Source: Laspinema sp. D2d
GTDB lineage: Bacteria; Cyanobacteriota; Cyanobacteriia; Cyanobacteriales; Laspinemataceae
Length of the DNA stretch: 64,000 bases
Direction: 5' to 3'
NCBI RefSeq assembly: GCF_025370755.1
Contig: NZ_JAMXFC010000004.1
Coordinates: 81,505 to 145,504 of the forward strand
The notes beneath the pieces were generated by a model. That model made no database searches. It was not told the DNA's origin and saw nothing but the letters and a program-made list of their open reading frames with translations. Positions 39,115 to 48,638 of this stretch are shown piece after piece (position 1 is the first letter of the stretch; each line of letters begins with the position of its first letter). The position numbers and the translations under genes were made by a program.

Positions 39115-42030
39115 ATGGAAACCCAAACATTGCCATTAGTTCGACTCAAACGCAGTTTAAGTTTTCTGGAGACTTGGGGTTTTGGCTTAAGCGGACTTTT
39201 ATTATGGCTGGGACCCGCACCGGCGATGAATGCAGCTTTGGGAGTACAAGCCATTTTTGTTTGGATTCCTGCGGCGATTATGGGCATTTTACTGAACCTC
39301 CAAGTTCAACATTTGGGGAGGCGCTGGCCCGATATGTCCGGTGGAACTCCCAATTATGCAGCCCGACTCCTCGCAAAATATCCGATCGCCGCGCGTTATG
39401 GGGCAGTCGGGTATTGGCTGGGATGGGTTTCCGTCCCACCCATGAATGCGATCATCCTCTCGGACTTAGTGAGTGCCAATTTAAACCCGGTGGGTCTTTA
39501 CTTGCCCGAAAATCTACTCCGGCTGGGATTTACTATCATCCCCTATATTGTCGCCTTTAGTGGCACCCGCACATTAGGCATCTTACACCTTTCTTTCATT
39601 ATCCCAGCAGTCGGGTTTTTGCTCACTTTTGGCTTGCAGGGCTTAGGTTGGCTCACCTTTGCGCCCGCCAGTCCTGGCATTTTACCCAGTGATTGGGGTG
39701 ACTTTAACCTAAGTGAATGGGCAAAGTGGTTTTTTGTGGCGGTTTATGCCGCTTCTGGCTGTGAAACCGCCTCTTCTTTTGTCGCCGATAGTCAGCAGCC
39801 TAGAAGCACCCTTAAAACCTTATCCTTTGCGGCAGTTTTATTACCGATTGTCTATGTGGGGGGTTCATGGATTTTGATGCGTTTAGCCAATGATCCCAGT
39901 TTAGGGAATAATACATTTTTGCATTTAGTCGCAGGGGCTAAACCCTTTTGGGGATCAGCAACTTCCACTTTGGTGACGTTCCTCCTCTCTGCCGGATGTT
40001 TACTCAGTTCAACTACGGCTATTTCTAACTCCCCACGGGTTTTGTATCAATTAGCCTTGGATGGATATATGGCCCCGGTATTTGGGGTCGTGTCATCTCG
40101 GGGGGTGTTTGGACCGGGGTTATTGTTCACCTTTATTTTAAGTTTGATTTGCCTGCTGTGGGGGGATGTCTCTCATGTGGTAATGGTGACGGGTACAGGG
40201 TATCTCTCGTCGATGATGGCGATGCATTTGAGTTTATGGCTCAACCGCGATCGCCCAGAGGTTAAATGGCCCCGATGGTCGTTGCTTTTCCTGATAATTG
40301 AAAGTTTAGTGATGGTAGTCGGGGGGCTCGCCTGGGGTTGGAATTATTGGTTGATGGGATTGTTACTTGCTCCTACCATTCTCGTGGTTGATCGACTCAT
40401 CCGCCGCCGTTCTGTGCCCTTATTTCGGGTGGAGTGGTGGTTGGCGCTTTATCGTCGTCGCCGTTCAGGAAAGTTCCAAGATTTTGATGTTTTACAAGTC
40501 GGTATTTTACTCTTTTTAATCTGTGGGGCGTTAACCGTTGGTTGGGTGGTCCGAACCGTGATTGATCGGAGCCATTTAACCGTTGCCAGTGAACTGTATG
40601 TCTTGTTGTTACTCAGTATTGCCTTGATTGGGGTGGCGATCGCCTGTTGGACCAGTTTGCCCCAAATTGCTTCAATTGTGGAAGCCCAAGAAGCTACTGA
40701 TCACTTATTTAAGGTGGCCCTCGATCCGATTATGGTGATTGATGAGCAAGGAGCGATCGCCCGGGCAAATCCTGCCGCTTGTGAGCTATTTGGGGTTTCA
40801 TCTCAAGCCTTAGCCGGGGTACAAATGGCCCAACTCTTACCCGGATTAAGGGATGCTCCCCAATTTTGGCATCCCCGTTGTGAGCAGCTTGTCAACCCCA
40901 CCGCAGTCGCCTTCCCAGACGCTCAATCCTCAGCCCAATTATTCGCCCAAAAAACCGTAGAAGTTTCCCTTTCTTCTCGGACCCATTGGGATCAAATCGA
41001 GTATATCCTGATTTTACGAGATATCACCCCGCGCAAACAAGCTGAAGCGGAATTACAAGCCGCCTTTGCCCGCCAAGAACAACTCACCGCCACCGCTACT
41101 CGACAAGCGCAGGAGCTGGAAACCGCTTTATCGGAACTCAAACAAACCCAATCCCAACTGATTCAAACGGAAAAAATGTCCAGTCTGGGGCAACTGGTGG
41201 CTGGGGTGGCCCATGAAATTAATAATCCGGTTAACTTTATCTATGGCAATTTAACCCATACCAGCGAATATACGAGGGATCTCTTGGCCTTAATTCAGCT
41301 TTATCAAGCCTTTTATCCTGAACCCAAGCCCGAGATTGAGGCATTTATAGAAGAGATTGAACTCGCTTTTCTGGTGGAAGATTTGCCTAATATGATTGCT
41401 TCGATGAAACTGGGAGCGGACCGGATTCGGCAAATTGTTTTAACTTTGAGAAATTTTTCTCGCATTGATGAAGCGGATATGAAAGCGGTTAATATTCATG
41501 AGGGGATTGAAAGTACCTTATTAATTTTAGGAAACCGGCTCAAGGCCAAAGGCCAATGTCCGCGCATTGAAATCCTTGAGGAATATAGCGAATTACCGGA
41601 CGTTGAATGTTTTGCCAGTCAGCTTAATCAGGTGTTTATGAATATTATCAGTAATGCGATCGATGCCCTCAATGAGTGGTGTCAAGCTCCTAATTTGACT
41701 TCTGATGACGGAGATGCCTCACCCCCAAGGATTACCATTCGCACCGCTGCCTTGGATTCGCACTGGATAAGAATTGCGATCGCCGATAATGGGCCCGGAA
41801 TCCCAGAAAGCATCTGCAACCGCCTATTTGATCCATTTTTTACGACCAAAGGAGTTGGAAAAGGAACGGGTTTAGGATTGTCGATTTGTTATCAAATTGT
41901 CGTAGAAAAACACGGCGGGCGGTTGTATTGTTCTTCGGAACCGGGAGAAGGAGCAGAATTTATTATTGAAATCCCGGTTAGAACAGTGAGAAAACCAGCC
42001 CAACAGAAAGTGAACAGTGTAATATATTAA
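39115..42030 (+). CDS. Sensor histidine kinase with an N-terminal APC-type amino-acid-permease-like 12-TM domain, two extra TM segments, PAS and a HisKA/HATPase core.
   Basis: The [21 protein letters not shown] motif (permease G-G-x-Y-x-Y signature) and about 440 aa of polytopic membrane domain. PAS [22 protein letters not shown]. H-box [44 protein letters not shown]. Confidence 0.8.
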   Translation: [971 protein letters not shown]

Positions 42031-42092
42031 AGCGATAACCCTCACTAGGCGAAGCGTTTCGTCAGAAGAGGGTGGGGTATCTCCTCATACCT

Positions 42093-45000
42093 TTAAAAAC
42101 CGGATTCCGGTAGCCGAATAATCAGATCAGTTCCCACTCCCACTTGCGACTGACAGGTGAGAGAACCGCCATGACGGGAGATAATCGCATAACTCACCGA
42201 TAGCCCCAATCCCGTTCCCTGTCCCACGGATTTTGTGGTAAAAAAGGGTTCAAAAATATGGTCTTTAATTTCGTCACTAATCCCATTTCCGTTATCCGAA
42301 ATAGTCACCTCAAGGGCAGCCGAATCCAACCCCTTAGTTTTAATCCAAATTGTGGGTTTCACCCCCGGTTTTTGGAAATTCCGTAAGGCATCAATGGCAT
42401 TACTTAACAGACTTAAAAACACTTGATTGATTTGGCTGGCATAACAGGACAGACCCGGAAGGGTTCCATACTCCTTGACTACCTCAATTGGAGGAGTGTT
42501 GGAGTCTCCCGCTAACCGTCCTTGTAAAATCATGAGGGTGCTTTCTAGTCCTTCATGTAAATCTACCGTTTTGATATCCGACTCATCCAGGCGAGAGAAG
42601 TTACGAAGACTGAGGATAATCGTTTTAATGCGCTCACTCCCCGCTTGCATAGACTTAAATAGATTCTGATAGTCTTGGCCGATAAAACTCAATTCAATCT
42701 CATCCCGGAGCGTTTGCACGACGGCATTTTCTTGAGGATATTCTTCTTGATAACAGTCAACCAAACTCAATAGATCCGTGACATATTGCTCCGCATGGGC
42801 CAGATTGCCATGAATAAAGTTGATGGGATTGTTAATTTCATGAGCAATCCCCCCGACTAATTGACCCAGGGCGGACATTTTTTCACTTTGAATCAGTTGG
42901 GTTTGGGTTTGTTGTAAGTGGGTGAGAGTGGCTTCTAAATCCAGGGCTTTTTGACGGAGGGCTTGGGTTTTGCGTTCTACTTCGCCTTCTAAGGTGTGGG
43001 AATAGTCGGCAACTTGTTGATAAAGACGAGCATTTTGGATGGAAATAGCCGCTTGAGCGGCTAGAATCTGTAAAGTTTCCACGCGATCGCCCGTAAATGC
43101 GCCAATCGTCTGCTGATTCTCCAAATACAGCACTCCTATGAGGGTTCCCTGTTGCACGATGGGAATCCCCAGTAAACTCTTGGGTTGCTGTTCTCTCACA
43201 TAGCGATCGCTCCTGAGCCGGGGATGCCCTAGAGCATTGCCAATCACCATCGGTTTGAGACTGCGGCGAACAGTATGTACTAGGGTTTCGGCAATCTCAG
43301 GATAATCGGAGAGGGGAATCGACTCTACCCGGGGCGCTTCCTCCAACGTGGCGATCGCCTCGATAAACCATTGGCTCCCCTGGGGCATCAATAGCAACCC
43401 CTTATCCGCCCCTGCATTCTTGAGAACAATCTCCAACAGCCTCGCCAGAAGTGAGTTCAGATCCATCTCACCGGAAAGGGTTTGAGAGGCTTTCAAGACA
43501 GTAGCTAGGTCCAGACTCGCCGAGAGACTGGTACTATCGGCACTGGAGGATTGACTCGTTCCTGTTTGAGTGACGGTAATTGATTCAGTGGCTAAAAGGG
43601 TATCCGTCATTGACCACATCGATCGCTCAGGATTGAGAATCGACCCCAGCAGACGAGGATAACGGCGTTCCAAATCCACCACTTTAGTTTTTGCGCCCCA
43701 GTAGATATAACCATAATAGGCGTCAGTGAGATAGACTTGGGCGATTTTATCTTTCCCCCAATCCCGATAAAACTGGGCAGCACGTTCACAAGCGAGGGCT
43801 TCTTCCTGGGGGTATTGAGCTGCTTTCGCACCAGCGATCGCCCGATCATAAGCCTCCATCGCCGCCATGTTCTCTCCTAACATCCGATACCGTTCCGCTT
43901 CTACTAACTCGAACTTATGTTGAAAGTTCGCTGGGGCCGCTTGGGTCCATCGTTGTAGTTTCTCCTGGTTTTCCTCAACCCTCTGCCAAATCGCCTCCTG
44001 CTGCTCCCTCCCCCGATGGCTATAATCCGCTAACTGCACTAACGAATCATAGAAATAAAAGACAGAACCAGAATAAAGCCCTGGAGCCCCATTAATATAA
44101 GGTTTCGCTAAATCTGCCCATTCTCGTCCTTGCTCAATCTCACCCAACAAATAGCTAAGAATCAGTTTCTGGAGATACACCTGATAAATCGCATAGCGAT
44201 CGTCCATCTGATAATGCCGAGGTAACGATTGCCGTTCATTATAGGCCGCTCCCACTAATTCCGTAGGCTTCTCAGGTGCATCCAAAAGGTTCAAAACCGT
44301 CTGACGATAAATTTCATGATAGGCCAAGGTATTCAGTTGATTGATATCTGCTAATGCCTGACTATAGTGGGCGAGCTTTTCCCCGAGGTGACTTAGATTT
44401 TTACCACAAAAATATTCGTATTCATTATGATGTAAAATACAATAGGCCGCATATTCCAGATCCCCGGCTTCTAACCCGGTTTGATACCCCTCTTCCAACG
44501 CTGTCAGACAGTCTCTCAAGGGCTGTTGCCAAGGGAGAATGATGCTATAAACCATGTTTAAAACGCTGGCTTTGAGGCTTTTGGCATTGAATTTTTCTAT
44601 GAGTTCCATTGCCAGTTGTCCAAACTCAAAACCCTGGGCAAACTGACCCAAATTCGACAGAATCAACCCATAAGCCGCATAAGTAAAAGCAGACCCCGAT
44701 GAATTGCCATGCTGGAGCAATAAGCTGACCTGCTCAGAAATCACCAGGGGTAATAGACCCGGATAGGCCACAAAGCTAATTGAAACAAAGGTGATTAAAA
44801 TTCTCAGGGTAGCCAGTTTTTCGGCGTTTTGCATCGGGGGCAAATCGAGAAGCTGATGCACGGGTCGATGGGCAAGCAGCGCCTCGACCCGCGCCAGAGC
44901 TAGGGTTGTATCATCGGGGGTTGGATGGTCTGGTAAATGAATGTCAAGCTGGGCTAAAACCGATTTCCCCAGGGCTAATGCCTCCGGTAAGCGGTTTTGA

Positions 45001-47585
45001 GCGATATAGGATTGGATTTTGATGTCATAGATGGGAATCTGATCCAGGTAGCTTTCTGCATGGTCTAAAACCTCCTGGGCGAGGTCTTCGAGCACCTGGA
45101 ACTCCCCATTGAGGTAAGCCACCTCAACAGCATTGCGATAGAGGGTTAGGGTCAGGTCGTAGATCTGTTCCCAGGATTGGGGAGGAAGTTGGCTGAGTCC
45201 GGCCTGGAAGTAGGTAGCAGCAGTTTTATAGGCGGCGGCAGCGACGGCTTTTCGTCCAGCCTCTAGGTTCAATTCCACGACTTGTTGCTGCTGGGCCGGG
45301 GTGGTAATCAGGGCGGTTCCGGCGTTGAGTTGATTGACAATATCAAAGAGTTTATCCCCTTGAGTTTGCCGATCGCCGCGTTGTAAGAGCAGTTGCCCAA
45401 TCTGCCAATGGGTGGCGGGTTTCTCGCTGTCAGGGATCAGGAGATAGGCGGCTTGTTGGATGCGATCATGGAGAAAGCGATAGGCGGGATTGATATCGGG
45501 GCTGAAGGCTGAGGATTCATCATCCTGAAAGAATTGGTAAAGGGCGCTGGTCGGGAAAATTAGCCCTTCTTGTAAGACGGCCCATAGGGCGATCGCCACC
45601 TGACGGGGAGCTTGCTGGCAGACGATACTCAGGGTCGCTAGATCAAACTCGTTGCCGATGCAGGCCGCTAATTTGAGGACAGATTGGCTTTCGGGAGGGA
45701 GTTTTTGCAATTCCTCCGCCAAAAATTCCACCAGATCCTCCGTGAGGGATAAGGTCTCAATTTGGCGAATTTCACAGTCCCAGTGACGATGCTGGGGGTT
45801 AAAGTGGATGTAGCCATCCCGATGTAAGGTTTTGAGAAATTGGCTAATAAAAAAAGGATTCCCTTGGGTTTTGCGGGCGGTGAACTCTGTTAAGGGGTGG
45901 ACGGGTTCCGGGGAACAGTTGAGGGTATCTGCCACAAGCTGGTTGATATCTTGGAACTGGAGGGGTCCAAGATGAATGGTGTTGACAGGAACGTGAGCTT
46001 GTTGTAGTTCTTCCAGGGCTAGGAGGAGGGGATGACCCGGTGACACTTCGTTGTCTCGATAGGCTCCCAAGAGGAACAAGGAGCCTTGTCCTTTGAGCAA
46101 TAATTTCAGCAGTTGGATGGAGGCGGAATCAGCCCATTGGAGGTCATCGAGGAAGATAACCAGGGGATGTTCTGGTTCGGCAAAGCATTCAATAAACTGC
46201 TGGAATAGCCGGTTAAAGCGATTTTGAGCCGCCGTTCCGGAGAGTTCCGGGGCGGGGGGTTGCGGACCAATAATCTGTTCCAGTTCGGGGATGACGTCGA
46301 TGAGAACTTGTCCGTTGTCCCCCAGAACTTCTAAAATGGCAGCATTCCAGCGCCTCAAGCGGTCATCCGGTTCATAGAGTAGTTGTTCAATCAAGTCTTC
46401 AACGGCTTGCACCAGGGCATCTAAGGGGATGTTGCGCTTAAATTGGTCGAATTTTCCCTGGATGAAGTAGCCCCGTTTTTCCAAGATGGGTTTGTGAACT
46501 TCCTGAACAACAGCGGTTTTGCCGATCCCGGAGAACCCGGCTACGAGCATGATTTCTGAGGGGCCTTGGCTGACGCGCTCAAAGGCGTTGAGGAGCGTTT
46601 GGACTTGGGCCTCTCGGCCATAGAGTTTTTCGGGGATGAGGAAGCGATCGCTTATATCCCGTTGCCCCAGTTCCAGTGGGGTGATAGCACCTTGACCGTG
46701 CCATTGCGTTAAACATTGTTCTAGGTCATGTTTGAGGCCGAGGGCGCTTTGATAACGGTCTTCGGCATTTTTTGCCATCAGTTTACCCACCAGGGCGGCA
46801 ACAGGTTCAGGAATGCTGGGATTCACCTGATGCAGGGGGGTGGGGATCTTGGCAATATGACTGTGAATCAACTCTAGGGGATCATCGGCGCGAAAGGGTA
46901 GCTGGCCGCTGAGGAGTTGGTAGAGGGTGACCCCAAAGGCGTAATAATCGGCGCGGTAGTCGATACCCCGATTCATCCGCCCCGTTTGTTCCGGGGCGAG
47001 ATAGGCGAGGGTTCCTTGGAGGGTGTTGGGGGTTTGGATTTCTTGGACTTCTTTCGGCAGTTGGGAGGCGATGCTAAAGTCGATGAGCTTGATTTCTTGA
47101 GTCTGGGGGTGAATCAGGAGGTTGGCGGGTTTGATGTCTTTATGGATAACACGCTGTTGGTGTAAGTCATGGAGAATCTGGGCCACCTGGATGGCGATCG
47201 CTAAGATTTGGGCTAGGTCTAAGGAATGTTGCTGGCTATAGTCTTTTAAGGAGACTCCCCCCCAGTCTTCCATGATTAGGGCGTAGCTGTTTCCCGTGGG
47301 TTCTAAACTCAAGGGCTGAAGGATGCCGGGAAGGTCCAGGGTTTTGGCGATCGCGTACTGATTACGAAACTGTACTAATTCGGCAAAGCTGGGACGTTCC
47401 TGCCGCAAGAGTTTGATGACGACAGGCTGCTGATCTCGCTGCTGTATGCCCCGATAGGTAACGGTCCGGGAACCCAGGTACAACTGTTCGAGGAGGGTAT
47501 AACCTGGAATGTCGGGAAAAGCCGAGGAGGAATTAGAGGGGGAGGACATTGTTGTGTCTGTTTCCGATTGATAGGTTATACCCAA
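42093..47585 (-). CDS. Giant multidomain signalling protein with a Ser/Thr protein kinase, AAA/NTPase (P-loop), long TPR-like helical region, GAF and a HisKA/HATPase core.
   Basis: Kinase subdomains (VIKLL, [15 protein letters not shown], APE). Walker [11 protein letters not shown]. The GAF region precedes the H-box [43 protein letters not shown]. 1830 aa. The likely true start is the Met at aa 13. Confidence 0.85.
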   Translation of the reverse strand: [1830 protein letters not shown]

Positions 47586-47642
47586 TCTGGTACTCGTCGC
47601 GCTGCTTAAAAGAACACCCTCCAGGCTGGGGGGTGACAGGAT

Positions 47643-47663
47643 AGAGCCTCTCCTGCGTGGGCT
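47643..47663. repeat. Copy 1 of a short dispersed intergenic motif agagcctctcctgcgYgggct.
   Basis: 20 of 21 positions identical to 57742-57762. Lies about 58 bp upstream of the giant kinase gene start. Confidence 0.6.
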
Positions 47664-47903
47664 GTCAGGGTTAAAGTCGGTTTTTGACCACCGGATTTAG
47701 TATGACATTCCCATTGTAACCATGCAATTTTACCACAGTTTACAGAAACCCTGTTGATTAATATCAAGTTTGGGGGATTAACCTAAAAAATTCTTGATTC
47801 CTCTTCTCCCCTTTCTTTGCAAAGGATGGGGGTTAGGTCAGTGTGAGTGATCGAGCCAACATGATATCAGCGATGAATCGAAAGGAAAGCGGAGTGCCTT
47901 GTC

Positions 47904-48521
47904 TTAGAAATCAGGTTTTCTTTCCTCTTCTAATGAGGCGGGATTTTCTAAGAAGGTCAAGTCTAAGGTCGCGTAAATTTCAGAGAGGGGAACCTTGAGG
48001 TTTAGGCTTTCAATTCGGGCGATCGCCTCTAATCCTTGATAGGTTTCTAACATCCAGCGATCGCCTTCCATTCTGTGAAATATTTCTACTGCATACTCCT
48101 GAGAACTGACAAGTATATAATCTTGCAGAGTAGGAATAGTCCGATAATATTGGAATTTTTTACCCCGGTCAAAAGATTCGGTGGATTCGGATAACACTTC
48201 GATGAGGACTGTCGGGGTGTCTACATAGACAAGATTTCGGTTATTGGTGGGGTCGCAATTGACCAGTACATCAGGGTAAAAAAAGCGTTTTCCTTCATCA
48301 ATCCTTACTTTGATATCGGCAAAATAAGTACGGCAGGGAGAGTTTTTAAGCGCGTTTCGCAAGAAGATATAAAGATTACCACTAATAATATTATGATTGG
48401 TGTTCGTACCTGCCATTGCGTAAACGTCACCATCGAGATATTCATGTTTGATGGGGCTATGACGTTCGCGTTCTAGGTATTCTTCGGGACTGATATAATG
48501 ATCCGATTTTACAGCAATCAT
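47904..48521 (-). CDS. Uma2-family (DUF820) putative restriction-endonuclease-like protein.
   Basis: 205 aa. The SPEEYLERERHSPIKHEYLDGDVYAMAG...PDVLV...DTPTVLIEVLSEST pattern is typical of the Uma2 family abundant in cyanobacteria. Confidence 0.75.
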   Translation of the reverse strand: MIAVKSDHYISPEEYLERERHSPIKHEYLDGDVYAMAGTNTNHNIISGNLYIFLRNALKNSPCRTYFADIKVRIDEGKRFFYPDVLVNCDPTNNRNLVYVDTPTVLIEVLSESTESFDRGKKFQYYRTIPTLQDYILVSSQEYAVEIFHRMEGDRWMLETYQGLEAIARIESLNLKVPLSEIYATLDLTFLENPASLEEERKPDF

Positions 48522-48596
48522 GGTGAGTTTAAAGATAGGGATGACTACAGCTCTAACCCGCTATAGGGTTTGAATTATTATAGCAAAAACACGGGG

Positions 48597-48635
48597 CAAA
48601 AACTAGCGGAGGGTTGAACCTCCGCTGGTTTTTGG
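48597..48635. terminator. Bidirectional intrinsic terminator immediately downstream of the alpha-2-macroglobulin gene.
   Basis: caaaaa + agcggagg-gttgaa-cctccgct + ggttttt. Confidence 0.55.
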
Positions 48636-48638
48636 GGT

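Noticed and set aside
39081-39560. ORF 39081..39560 on the plus strand (159 aa).
   Set aside because: It overlaps, out of frame, the start of the permease-like kinase gene, whose own frame gives coherent TM helices.
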